64,000 nt of DNA from Lingula anatina. Taxonomy: Eukaryota > Animalia > Brachiopoda. The position numbers were made by a program, and so were the translations under genes. The notes under the pieces are model-generated. The model was not told where the DNA came from and made no database searches. It saw nothing but the letters and a program-made list of their open reading frames with translations. The stretch spans positions 16,390,534-16,454,533 of the forward strand of contig CM120644.1 in assembly GCA_051362555.1 (NCBI GenBank), read 5' to 3'. Positions 14,882 to 27,837 of the stretch are shown here, piece by piece. Numbering within the stretch: the stretch's first letter is position 1; each line of letters starts with the position of its first letter.

Positions 14882-15134
14882 TTTTTACCTCCGCCAAGGA
14901 GGTTATGTTTTCACCCCTGTTTGTCTGTCTGTCTGTTTGTTTGTCATCAACGTAACTCAAAAAGTTATGGACCGATTTTGATGAAATTTTCAGGAACTGT
15001 CCGAATGGGCCAAGGAAGAGATGATTAGTTTTTGGTGGTGATCCGGATCAATAATCAATCAATAATCAATAATAATTTTAAAAAATCGCTGCCTTGGCAG
15101 AGGTCTGCGCTCTCGGAGTGCTTTTCTTGTAGTT
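14882..15134 (+). mobile_element. Non-autonomous Helentron (HINE/DINE-1-like)
   Basis: 5' TTTTTACCTCCGCCAAGG, (GTCT)n tract, subterminal inverted repeat CCTTGGCAGAGGT and 3' hairpin GCGCTCTCGGAGTGC. Confidence 0.8.
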
Positions 15135-15259
15135 AAAATGTTTTTGTCAAAGATTAATGAGCCCTTAATAACAATGCATCATTGAACAGATGCTTTATCT
15201 TGTCTTATTAACGTTAAAATCTGAACTAAAGTTTTTAAGAAAAGTCGCAAGTTAGGTTT

Positions 15260-15515
15260 CAGTGGCTGAATCGTAGGGGCGAGGGGCCCATGGGGGGGGG
15301 GGGGTCCTGACCCCCTTTCGTTTATAAAAAAAATCACACCGATGGTCCCCTCTTGAAATTAGAATTTTGACTAAACCGGACCAAATGGCTCCTTCGTCGG
15401 GTCCCGAACTCCACGCCAAGGTGGGTGCGTGGGGGTGGGGTGGGAGGGTTGAGGGGGTTGGCTTCGTATCCCTGGAACGCCCCCCCTTTCAAATAATCCC
15501 GGATCCGCCCCAAGG
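15260..15515 (+). mobile_element. hAT-like MITE (CAGTGGC start); related copies at 29856-30140 (+) and ~34300-34458 (-)
   Basis: The first two copies share AAAAAATCACACC(G/A)ATGGTCCCCTCTTGAAATTAGAATTT; all three share a G-rich GGCTT(C/T)..ATCC segment. Confidence 0.65.
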
Positions 15516-15912
15516 TTTTGAAGTACTTAATAGTACCATTAAATTGGCGTAAAGGAGAAATTTGAGAAACCGATTTTTTTTTACCGAAAATTGCAATTAT
15601 GACGTTATCGGTAAGATGACATTTGTGCAAATGGTTATGAATTTAGTCAAAGAACAATGAAGATTATTTTCTTTCCAAAATAAAAAAAAAACATAAGGCA
15701 GTTAGCAAGGAATTATTTTCTTTGCTAATCTTAACATTACCCAAATGCATGGGGCGTCACAATTTTAGTGAGATATTTTATTAGGCGATTGCATTATTAA
15801 AAATTGACTGACAAGGAAATCAAAATTTAGATTGCACTGTCTCACTAAAAAATATTCGATAAAAGAAGAGAGAGACAGAAAATATAAAGGGGTACATCAG
15901 CTCCGTGGGTCT

Positions 15913-15927
15913 GCCAGTAGATGGCGC
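15913..15927 (+). promoter_or_regulatory. CTCF consensus motif
   Basis: GCCAGTAGATGGCGC fits CCASYAGRKGGCRS; binding is not demonstrated. Confidence 0.4.
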
Positions 15928-17254
15928 GGAGGCACCAGCACTGCTACTAAAATCTCGTGTAATATCGCTCTCGATTTCGCACCATATTTTAACATGGGTT
16001 GTAAACACGTGTCGCTAACTGTAAACTAACCAAACGTAAATTATTCGAATGTGGTTCCGTGACAACGAGAACAAGATGTGAATTGACTGGGAAGTATCTT
16101 TTTTCTATATATATTCTGCAGCTTTCTATTTTTATTGAAAATATGAGATTGTTGGAGCTGTAGGGTCTCTATGTACATCATATCTGACTAATGTTTTGAT
16201 TACGTGACGGTATAACTAGCCCTTCGCTCAAATTTCGGTTGTGTCGCTGCAGTGTACATATATTTTTACTGTCAGTTGAAAATAAAGACCGATATATAAT
16301 TGTTGATATATGAGAAATCTGTTTTTTTTAAATATATAATTGAAATATCTGTTGATGTATGTATATTTAAAATTTTATTTACTTTTAGGATTTTTGAATG
16401 ATATATGCAGGTCATCTTTCAAATAAATCTGTAAATAAATAAGGAAGGCCGACTTGTAAAGAATACACCTCCCCCAAAATATGTTAATTTTATTTACCAA
16501 TGTTTCCTAAAATTTAGTTTTGTACTGACCTTGATCTATGTCTGCTCTATTGAAATATAATAGTCCAACAATTTACGTGCAGAACACTGACTTTTCTGTA
16601 ACAACAACAACAACAACAATAATAATAATAGCAATAATACTAATAAAATGATTATTTTTCCAAATCGCACTGCACATGCGTTTCCATGCTGTTTTCAAAA
16701 AGCTAAAGAGAATCCAAAACCATTGGTAAAAATCCCGACTGTAAATAAATGTTTTAGTTTGATTAAAAAAATGTTCTTAATATTTGCTCGTGAATCTCAA
16801 ATTATGACTTCACGAACCTTTCACTATAATCTGGCTATTTGAACCAATACGACGTGAAATATGCCAGATGTATAAACAAATGTGTAATTCACACTGTATT
16901 TGCTGTATTACTAGCGCATTGTTTTACATACTTTGGGTTTTTTTTTTACAGTACATGAAGACTGTCTTTCAAATATACCCTAAAATAAAAAGGTAGGCCC
17001 ACTTGTGGAGTATGATCTCCCTTCTCCCCCTAAAAAAATGCACCGGCAAGCCAAGGAGCGATGTTTTCCTAAATTTAGTAATGCACGACCATGATCTACG
17101 CCTCTCCTATCGAAATATACAGAATAGGGCGACAATTTACTTACGGATTACTCATTTTTCATAATAATGCGCTTCAGTGCTGCTTTCATAAAACTAAAGA
17201 GAATCTTAGACCTTAGAATAAAAATTCTGATTAAAAGTCAGAGATTAAAATTAA

Positions 17255-18281
17255 CCCTCAAGAGACCAAGCTATTTTACTGACTGAAATGACCAAGTGGG
17301 GTCATCTATGACCCCATCGTGCTCTGTACAGGGATCCTTATTATAAAAGGCTGTTGTGGCTTTATAACACCCATACTACTCCCAGGATTTAAGACAAGTA
17401 TTTTATAATGATCTAATGTAATAAGTATTTGGTAATAATACTTTTATTGCATGAAATAACCAAGTACAGATTTTAAGAAAAACCGGTATTTAGACAGTCA
17501 TTGTCAGTTTCCACTTGCAGAAATATTTCTCTTTTTATTTGCCACACTAAATGAAAAAAGTACATTACAAAATTACTTTGAGTAAAAATATTTTGATTTC
17601 TGTTGAGATAGCATCCTGCTAACTTCAATAAGAATAATTAGTTGACTTGCTGAGTAGGGAATACCCTAATGCTGGTAAGGAAGTCATACTACTCAGAACA
17701 CATTCAATCAACCTACATGTATGTTACTACCACAGCTGTGTATAAAACAAAATCCACACAAACAATTTGTTAATATATGTATAATATGATATCGACAGAA
17801 TTATTTAGATTTCAGAAATACCCGAAAATTGTAGCCGTCAACATGAGAGACCCAGTTATGACAACAAGTTCCAACAAAGCTACTGAAATTAGATTCAGCG
17901 ATGCACTATTAGTAACACTTCAAGCACAATCTTCACAAACCACTTATTTGTGCCTATGTTTTGGGCACACTGGCTGGTTGCATGAAGCACATGCATGTGA
18001 CATTTTCCTGTCAGTGTTGCTTGGGCAAAACATTTGAATAAAATTTAAAAATCAATATGTAAAAACCAATGCTTCTCTTTGGGGTCATAAATGACCCCAC
18101 AAGAGTTTTTGATGTATACGCCACACTAATTGGTTGATCCCTACAAAAAACTGTGAAAGTGTGTAGGATTAGTAGACTGACAAACTCATGCAAGGAAAGA
18201 AAATTCGAATAAAAAATAAAGAGATGGCACATTAAATCATATGGCTGGGGTCGTAAATGACCCCACTCGGTCACTTGAGGG
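17255..18281. mobile_element. Non-autonomous piggyBac-type element, 1027 bp
   Basis: TTAA TSD on both sides; TIR CCCTCAAGAGACC / GGTCACTTGAGGG; three subterminal palindromes TGGGGTC-n6-GACCCCA. Confidence 0.9.
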
Positions 18282-18769
18282 TTAATAGGCCTTATGATAA
18301 AATAAGAACATAAAAGTTAAAACACTGAAAATGGAAATTAACACTTTAGATTAGCTGAAGAACTGTAAAAAAGTTTTTTTTCACCGTTAAAACAATGACA
18401 GAGCTTGTTTCTGTTCTGGTAAAAGGCTCTTATTGAGCTTTGTCTGAAGTACCTATTCAGTGGCTGATTCAAAAGAATTTGAGCTGCCGTGGAAAATGTT
18501 CTTTTTTCCCTTGCGTAACATGAACAATTTTTTGTTCATTTCTTAAATGACACAGGCTATCATAATAAATGATTGGGCTTACAGTCTCTTGTAATGTTTG
18601 TGAATTCAGGAAAATATGAGAATCAACATCAACAAAGTTTTTAGGACGTTCCTTAAACTTTTGGACGGTCTAAATTCATAGGTCGGAAACTTAACAAACA
18701 AAAGAAAACAGGTGAGATGTTATCTTAACCGGCAGGTGAGGAAAACACCAAGGAAAACATTGATGTTTT

Positions 18770-19460
18770 TTCATTCATTCATTTATTTATTGACTTGTCA
18801 TGTGCTCAGAACACCAAGCCCTTATAAGACACCTGTTACGTAAATTTTTTTCTGTCTCAGATAAAAAATTCTTAACAATAAAACTGGCTAACTGCCTAAA
18901 ATTATTTGCCATTAAATCTCCTATAGAAATTTCATTTACTTCATTGTTTGGATGCCCAACCTTTTATAAATTTACACTTTTCCTCTACATAAGCAGTCTG
19001 AGTGCACTGAAGAAAGAAATGACTCATCTTATAATGCCTTTTTCGCATAGTTGGCATCCTTTTAATAGGCGTATTTGGGCATCGTCCAGCTTCTACATGT
19101 AAAGGAAAAATCCCCATCAGAAATTGACTTAAATGATTTTTTCCTTCCTATTTAATTCTTTTTAGAAATATTTTTCAGTTTTCAGTTTTTTAAATTCCCA
19201 AATATGTTCTGAGTTGAGGCATTTTAAAAATTCTTTTTCATTAAATTTGTAATTTTCCATTAAAAAGTTTTAAATGCTATCTTTATCAACAATTCACTTG
19301 TTAAAAATAATTTTCCATATCACAGAATCTGATAATCTCTCTCACCGCAGAGCACTAATTCTTTATTCCCAATTTACAGTCTTCAAGAAAAATTAGTGTA
19401 ACAAGTCTTTCGTATTGAGCAAGTACCAAATTATTCCAAAATCTGGCCATGTTTACCCAA
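18770..19460 (-). mobile_element. Decayed LINE 3' end (same family as 4587-4890)
   Basis: Reverse complement shows TGCCAACTATGCGAAA (CQLC), GTGTCTTATAAG, GGGCTTGGTGTTCTG and an (AATA/AATG)n tail; the upstream boundary is approximate. Confidence 0.7.
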
Positions 19461-19542
19461 CAGACACAGAGCGTCATTATAACATTAGCATAACGTTTTA
19501 AAAAATATATATTAGACACGTTATGGTAACGTTTTAATAACG

Positions 19543-19709
19543 CAGGGGCGGATTTAGGCCGTCTTCTGGGTCTTCCGGAAGACGGTTAGATTTTCAAGTT
19601 TACATTGACAGGTATCTATTTTTTCTGTCGGAAGACGGTCAAAAATGGAGGATGGATCAACAAAGATAATTTGGGAGACTCTCAGAAAATATCTCTGGAT
19701 CCGCCCCTG
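19543..19709 (+). mobile_element. MITE family with CAGGGGCGGAT TIR, copy 2, nested in an older CCCA..CTGG element
   Basis: Perfect 11-bp TIR and perfect 5-bp TSD TAACG. Confidence 0.88.
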
Positions 19710-20757
19710 TAACGTGCTGTGTATACTGGATAGGCTAACCATCTGCCAAACTTTAATGGGATCCGACCTAAATCACCATATAGTCGAATTTTTGGTGCAA
19801 ACGATGAACTCATATGTAATATATAAGAGCTTTACACATGGCGTTTTCACAATCTTCATTGTTTGAGAAACCCTAAACTCCTGACTCATACTCTAAAATT
19901 GGGGTTACACAGCTGTTAAACAATTTCTGATATGTGTGGAATCCCATTTGACCAACTTTTTGATTTTGCTATGATTAAACCAAGTGCCCTTTAAGAAGAT
20001 TCTGATACTCATTTTGTAGTGTACCCAAACTCTAAACATGCTTCTAAATAAATCCCAATACATAAGATCACCTTAAATTGGAATTTGGTTCGAAAATGAA
20101 GCGTTTTGTCTTTGTGCAGACGCGATTGATGGAAAGCCATTATTTCAAACGAAGCACCGAATCCTTGGGAAATTGGTGCCCACCTTGTCCATTTTGACAT
20201 CCAGGTCCATGTACGCACCAATACTGAGGCATGAATGTGATGAAAATCACCAGTAGTTTCAAACGCATTTATTTACAAAATGGCCGCTTTAGGACTCGTG
20301 GTTCAACAGCGGTGGGCGCCATTTTCATGTTAGGGACAGTTTTATTGTTAATTCAGAATATCTGAAAAATGAAGCTTGGGTGGAGGAATTTAGCGTATTT
20401 TTAGAGGGGGGGGGGTTAATCGTACCAGTATATTCATGTAACTATATGTTAAATGCAGTTTTGTTACCACGCACTGTTATGAAAGTAAGAAATTCACCAT
20501 AATAAATGATGCAAATGGCAAGAGTGGATCTTCATTGTGTTAGTTGTGCTAATGGAGATCTGCAGTTCTAGTAAATCGGGTAGAGGAGAGCGGTGTGACA
20601 GGAATGGTAGTCTGCTAGGGGCCTTAGTCGGTTTCCCAATACTTTGTACAGGTGACATTCCTCCCATATATTAACACTGTACTCTGACTAACCCCAACCT
20701 TTACTAATCATATGGGACGTCTATTCCTAAGTCTACCACTCCTTTAAAACGGGTCTG

Positions 20758-20822
<65 letters not shown>

Positions 20823-23619
20823 TACTATCATTTTTTTTTGTTTCTGTTTTTTCTTTAGCATATACCCGAGAGTTATTGAATGCGTCGAAGAGGTAGGCCT
20901 AGCGAGCAGAGATTCGTGCGATCCGCAAGTTGCTAAACCTTTCAGAGGGACGGCAGAAAACCCAACGACCCTGTAGGAAATCCTGGATCTGCCCCTGTAT
21001 ATAATGCACGTCTTCAACAACATCAAAGAGTTGTTGGGTTCTTACATCTACAGCGGGATAGTCAATTCTACGGGCTCTAATTCGAATTGGAAAGGCTTGG
21101 TATCGGATCGAGTTATTCCCGGAGTAAAAAGTTACACAACGCCGCAGCTTTATTTCCAAAACCAAAAATCAATTTATTACCTGGACATTATCTGGTTTTA
21201 CGGAAGAAACCATTGTGACAGAAATCGCGAAATCTTAAATTAAGTTTAAGTGAGATAAGGGGCATTTGAACAGAAGACAATTTCGACTGATGATTAAACA
21301 TGCATGCGACAAATTAATTTGTAATTTTGGTGATTATTATGCCATCTCTATACACGCCTTCCCGTTTTTTAGACAAAAGAAAAATTATAGAATATTTTTA
21401 TTCAACTATTATGTACAATTTTAAACAGTAGCATTCAATTCATTAATCAATTATGTACACGCCGTAAATTAATAAATGGTAGAACTATTGAAAGTTTTTC
21501 CTTTCCCGTCTTTAATCATCTAACATCAAAATGCAAACAGTCCGATAATGCTGGTCTTGTGGTCGGAAGCTGGTACCCGCTGCTTGCGGGCCGTGGGGAA
21601 AAACCCGTCTAAACCCTTCGTGGGGAATGCCGGGAAAGTGCCCACGCCCGGATAGTCAGTCTTTATAATATAATAACATCAGTTTTTTTTTCATTTGCAC
21701 TGCACTTTACAGTTCAATAATATCGTTCCCTTTTAAACAGCATGGTGCGACTGATCCAACTAAGTCTTTCTTTCGTGACAACAAACTATTCCACACTATA
21801 CTGGTACGTCACATGACGAAGTACAAGAATTTACCAAAGTAATTCATACAGAAAGAGGTACTGCAGCCAATCAAGACACATTTACTACAGTCTTAACATA
21901 ATTAAAAAGAGAACTTTATCCAAGTGGATAAATTCATAAATAAAGTGACTATCATTTTACAAGTGAAAACATCCATCATAACTTGATTAAAATTCCAAGT
22001 ATAAAATACGTACAGAGATTCAGGTAATATGATTAAAACTCGGGTACCTCAATGATTTAAACTAAACTTTGACATACAACTTGTTTTAAAACATTAGTTT
22101 CTCAAATGTAGTTTTGCCCTGAAATCACATCTTCCTGTATGATACAAATAAAGCATAAAGCAAGCTTGCTTCGAAATATTTCATATCTTAAACTGTATGA
22201 CCGCCCATGTAAATTTCAATAGGAATTTTTTGATCCGGAGAAAAGAAGGTGCATATGTGATGAACTGGATATATTTGTCAACCATAACACTTGAGAAAAT
22301 CATAATATTAGTAATGTGCGATCCTCTATCTTGAGAGATGACTGTGTGCACCCAGTCATCCCTCACGAGGAGCAGACTGTGTGCAAAAAATAATAAAGTA
22401 TTTTTTCAAACGAAAAATATTTCATCACAGATTTTGCACCAGCTATCAATGTAAAACCTCTTCATGTAAAAGCATTTACACCAAGACAGATTTTACAAAG
22501 TTGTGAGGGTTGTTAGATATAGTTAGTGTGCTAGATATGATCTTCTCAAACGCTATACTGACGAACAACTCCACGTCATCAAAAGCACAAATTTGAAAAA
22601 CGACTACATCACTAAAATTGAAATGAAACACAGACGGCCATAAGTGGTGGCAATACCCATCTGCATTTAGAATGTGGATAAAACATGTGGATATGCAATT
22701 TTTTTAAAAAATATAACTGTAGAGGCAGACTAATTTTTCATACAGAACCACAATTCATCTTATTCAATTGATTTTTTAATGGAATTATGAATGATCATAC
22801 TGGACTTCATTTATTCTCTTAAGCTACTGAAATAAAATGGTTCACCGTCATAAGTGAAAAAATAAAACTTACTAAATGCAATTACATCCGACTCACATCT
22901 GTGACCCATGAACCGCAAAAATTCTCAATATCCAAAAAAACTCGAGTACATTATTAGATGACATTCCTCTTACATTCAGTATATCATGACCATTCCACAT
23001 TCTCTAATTTTTTTCAGACGAGCTGTGCCTTTAAAAACCAAGACTGCTAGGACGTCCGATCATCAAATAAAATGGCTACTGGGGCTCTTTGCCAGCGCCA
23101 TTAAGTGTTTCACATCTTGGACGTTTGGGCTAGGATTGATTGTATCTGCGTTCGGGCATTATTTCTGGAAAACTGCCCTTTCGTAGCCTACAAATGAAAT
23201 GTAACATGCTCACACAAAAGGTATGAAAAGTAATTGAAAACTTGCAGTAATTGCAACAAAGACCATACGTCACTGGTATTTACGCACCGTTAACTCCAAA
23301 GTATTTTGATGTTTCATAATGCTTTGGTTTTTAACACGATTATTTATTTTATTTTATTTCTATAACACAACACAAAAAAACCACATTGTGATTTAGGAGA
23401 GTGCTAAGATTCTACAAAAAGAAAGAGACTGGAAAATAAGAGGGATAAAGGAAGGAATATGAATCAGGGAAACGCCTAACAATCTGAGCAATATAAACAG
23501 ATGCTCACCTGCACGATGGTCCCTTAGTATCACAACGGCATCACTGAAGGCGAGGTTAGGATAGTAGCTCCTAGTATTCTAGACCAGTGACAACTCCACG
23601 TGTGTCACATTGAAACTGA

Positions 23620-26600
23620 CGAAGATCTGAAAGTTGGCCGATATGATGTCAAAATATTTTGGATGAATGATTTTTTTTTTTTGCAAGTTTGTGACAAATT
23701 AATATCTTTTGACAACTAAAATGAGTTTTTGGATGAGTTTTTTTTTCAAGTTTGTGACAAATTGAAAGTGCCTTTGGATTCTAAAATATCTGCTATATGA
23801 ATTTACTTAAGTAAATTGTAAATAGAAAACAAAAAATGTCAACATTTAGATCCAAACAGTAATTTAAAACAATCTGTCTAAGTCGTTGCACAAATTTTCA
23901 AGTTTGTTGAATTTGCATTGACAAAGGATTTGTAATATCTATAGAATAAAATTCTTTGTTCCCCCTCTACTCTGGCCCATAACTTACCTCAAAGGGTCCA
24001 AAATTAATGGTATCACAACCAGGCAAGGATCCTATATGCTGATATCGCTTTCTCCATTTTAACCTTATGAAAGTGGTCCATCATCAGGCCAGGCGCTCGT
24101 CAATGCTATCTGCCTCAGCTTCAAAACAAAAATTCAGAAGACGTTAGTTTACCTACCCAACCCACAATCCACTAAATTTTTTTTTTATTTTCGTCTATTT
24201 CTCTCTCCAATAACACGGATTACCTTTAAGGGTTTTCCATCTCAGTTAAACACAACATACCTTGGCTTCTCCCCCAATGCAGCCACCTCGTAGACGGACC
24301 ATGGCGGGACTCGCTGGACGCTCCCCAATGCAGCCACCTCGTAGACGGACCATGGCGGCACTCGCTGGACGCTCCCCAATGCAGCCACCTCGTAGACGCA
24401 CCATGGCAGCACTCGCTGGACGCTCCCCAATGCAGCCACCTCGTAGACGGACCATGGCGGGACTCGCTCGTCGGTTTTCCACTGCAGCCACCTCGTAGAC
24501 GGACCATGGCAGGACTCGCACGTCGGTTCCAAAATGCAGCCACCTCGTAGACAGGCTAAGACAGGACTCTCTGGCACCAAGGATTGATCGGAGTCGCTGA
24601 GGCATAGATGTGGCCCTCTTCTCCTTGCTGTAGTTGAAGCTCTATCGAGAATGGCCATAACCGAGTTCTGTCAACAGAAAAGAAAAACGGATTAATGACT
24701 TTTCCCACCTATGTCAGCAGTCTGCAGTCAGGCTTACCTTTAAGGGTCTTTCATCTCGGTGAAACACCACATGCCTTGGGCGTGTCCCCAATGCAGCCAC
24801 CTCGTAGACAGGCCATGGCAGACTCGCTGGACGCTTTCCCAATGCAGCCACTTCGTAGACAGGCTATGGCAGGACTCGCCGGCACCAAGAATTGATCGAA
24901 GTAGCTGAAGCATAGTTGTCCCTCTTATCCTTGCTGTAGTTGGAGCTCTATCAGGAATCGACATAACGGAGTTCTGTTAACAGAAAGAAAAACTGATTAA
25001 TGACTTTTCCTACCTATGTCAGCATTCTGGAGTCATGTTTACATGTAAGGGTTTTTCATCTCAGTTAAACACCACATACCTTGGACGCTTCCCCATTGCA
25101 GCCACCTTGTAGGCAGACCATGGCAGGACTCATTAGACGCTCCTCTAATGCAGTCACCTCGTGGACGGACCGTGGCAGGACTCTCTGGATGCTCCCCTAA
25201 TGCAGCCACCTCGTAGACGGACCATGGCAGGACTCGCTCGTCGGTTCTCCGATGCAGGCACCTCGTAGACGGACCATGGCAAGACTCGCTCGTCGGTTCC
25301 CAAATGCAGCCACATTGTAGACAGGCTATGACAGGACTCACTGGCACCAAGGATTGATCGGAGTCACTGAAGTGTACATGTGGCCCTCTTCTCCTTGCTG
25401 TAGTCGGAGCTCTATCGAGAATCGCCATAACCGAGTTCTGTGAACAGAAAAGAAAAACGGATTAATGACTTTTCCTACCTATGTCAGCAGTCTGTAGTCA
25501 GGCTTACCTTTTAAGAGTTTTCCATCTCAGTGAAACACCACATGCCTTGGACGCTTCCCCAATGCAGCCACCTCGTAGACGGACAATGGCAGGACTCGCT
25601 CGTCAGTTCCCAAATGCAGCCACCTCCCAGACAGGGTATGGCAGGACTCGCTGGCACCAAGAATTGATCGAAGTAGCTGAATCGTAGATGGTGTACCTCT
25701 TTCCCTTGCTGAAGTCTGTGTAAACAAGTTGAAGAATGTGATAAACGCTTTTTGCTCTAAGAAATTTATTCTTTGAGTTTAGTAGGATATAGTTTCTTAT
25801 CACTGTCTATATAAGAAATACAATAAAACACCGATAATACACAAATAGAGGGATAAGGGAAGATCTGAAAAAACGGATTAATGATTTTTCCTACCTATGT
25901 CAACAATGTATTCAGGCTTACCTTTAAGGGGTTTCCCTCTCAGTGAAACACCGCATGCCTTGGACGCTTCCCCAATGCAGTCACCTCGTAGAGAGGCTAT
26001 GGGAGGACTCGCTGGCACCAATGATTGATCGCAGTAGCTGGCGCGTAGATGGTGTACCTCTTCTCCTTGCTGTAGTCGGTGCAAACAAGTTGAAGAATTT
26101 GATGAGGGCTTTTTGCTCTAAGAAAATTTATTCTGCGAGTTAAGTAGGATATAGTTTCTTATCACTGTCTATATAAGAAACACAATAAAACACCGATAAA
26201 ACCCAATGAATAGGGGGATAAAGGAAGATCTGAAAGTTGGCCGATAGTATGTCAAAATAATTTGCACGAGTGATGTTTTATGCAAGTTTGTGACTAATTG
26301 AAAGGGCTGTTGGATTATATGAATTTCCTTGAGTAAACTGTAAATAAAAAATGTCTACATTTAGCGAGTAGGCAAAAGTTTCAAAACAGTAATTAAGCCC
26401 TTGCATAAAATGCCCAGTTTGTTGAACTTGCATTGACAAATGATTTTTTTATTTATAAAATCTATAGAATGAATGACAATTTAATTCATTGTTCACCCTC
26501 TATCCCTACCCATAACTTACATTGAAGAGGCTTAATCCCAATAGTATCACAACTAGGCAGGGGCGCTTGACATCCCATATATATCGCTTTTTCACCTTGT

Positions 26601-26720
26601 GAATGTGGACCATCATCAGGCCAGGCGCTCGCAGTGCCATCTGCCTCAACTTCAAAGACAAATTAAAAAGTCAGTTTCTCTCTTTACCTCTTCCCCCACC
26701 CAACCCACTCACCTTATTTT
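23620..26720. repeat. Local segmental duplication: ~23620-24200 is similar to ~26225-26720
   Basis: Shared AAGATCTGAAAGTTGGCCGATA, TTGCATTGACAAA, CCCATAACTTAC and CCATCATCAGGCCAGGCGCTCG in the same order. Confidence 0.8.
24220..26200 (-). repeat. Higher-order array: five 170-500 bp modules each containing 1-6 copies of a 51-bp repeat; further modules at 26857-27050 (diverged) and 28293-28600
   Basis: Unit CCCCAATGCAGCCACCTCGTAGACGGACCATGGCGGGACTCGCTGGACGCT; modules are bounded by TTACCTTTAAGGG and, in most, GTTCTGTTAACAGAAA. Confidence 0.9.
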
Positions 26721-27539
26721 TTTTATTCCAGAAGTGGGTCAAGGGGAAGATGCCTTGTGATAGCGATCTGTAAAATTAATGTGGCTAAGGGCTTCATCTC
26801 AAAAGTTCAGTAAGGTAAAAAATGACGTTAGTGTATTATGTTCCCCAATAACATGAGTTACCTTTTACGGCTTGGAAGGTTTCCATTTCAGTGAAACACC
26901 ATATGCTTCTGATGTTTCATGCAGCCACCATGGCAGGACTTGCCACCCAGGGATTGAAGTGATAACATTTGCCACTCTTGTTGCAATTCTTAAGAAAAGT
27001 AAGGAGCTCTGTCAGGAGTTGCCATAATTGATTCTGTAAATATAAAAGAAAAATAGCAATAGTTTTTTCCTTTACCTCCCTCTCACAATGTGCCATCTTT
27101 GAAAAGTGGTTTATCCCAAAAGTGTGGTCAATGAACGAGGGAAATAATTTTTGTGGTGAAAGTGGACCATTTCATAACAGTGCATGGCTTAAGGCTCTTC
27201 AGTGCTATCTACCAGAACATTGAAATGAAAGTGACATTAGTTGTCACGGATCTAAGGAATTCATTTTGAATGACAGTGGACTAGCTGCCTCATGAAAAAG
27301 TTTAGGACCTCAATGTTATCAACCTCGCTCACCTCAAAATGTAAATAAACTTTTTAGCACAAATAAGTTCTTAAGAATTATGATTAGACGGTTTTTTTAC
27401 CATTCTGACTTTTAAGATGTTTTCTACCAATCTGACTTTTAAGATGTAAACAAAGTTGAACTGTTGTCCATAACTTGTATCAAAAGCAGTCTGCAGCATA
27501 AACAGTAATTAGTTTTATTAGAAAAACGAAATTGCTATC

Positions 27540-27837
27540 ATTTGATACCAGTAATAGCCTAACTCTGGACTGCTCCATTTTTATCCTTTTGGTCTAAAAT
27601 CAAAGACCAACTTTTAAAAACTTTTTGTGAAACCCGTATCAGTGATCTTAATGAGTATAGCAATGAGTACCTGTGCCATGATGACGACACCAAACTGTGA
27701 GAAGTAATCCTGCAAGCCATCGTCTGTGCTCTTTCAAGGCAAACCCAGCAACATCAGGTCACATCACTTCTTGCTGTCCATCTGCTTTGTTTCCACGTTC
27801 GTATTTCCCTGGGAATCGTCTCCTTTTCTTTTGTTCT
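27540..27837 (-). pseudogene. TARDBP: TDP-43-like unprocessed pseudogene fragment (exon 27837-27671 plus a decayed next exon starting 27593)
   Basis: The AG/GT-bounded exon translates ENKRKGDDSQGNTNVETKQMDSKK*CDLMLLGLP*KSTDDGLQDYFSQFGVVIMAQ versus human [55 protein letters not shown], with two in-frame TGA stops. The next exon reads TKRIKMEQSR (cf. VKKDLKTGHSK). Confidence 0.85.

Noticed and set aside
21600-21660. RNase P/MRP or group I intron similarity (CGGGAAAGT, GATAGTC)
   Set aside because: Only short motifs match; the other conserved regions are missing and the island is too short.
23590-23655. Hammerhead ribozyme at CTGACGAAG
   Set aside because: The GAAA core reads GATA and stems I and III do not pair convincingly.
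24270-24560. 51-bp repeats as a CRISPR array
   Set aside because: Head-to-tail units without unique spacers, no cas genes, and a eukaryotic context.
24226-24658. Overlapping repetitive ORFs as real proteins
   Set aside because: Open frames follow from a stop-poor unit whose length is a multiple of 3; frames break between modules and show no homology.
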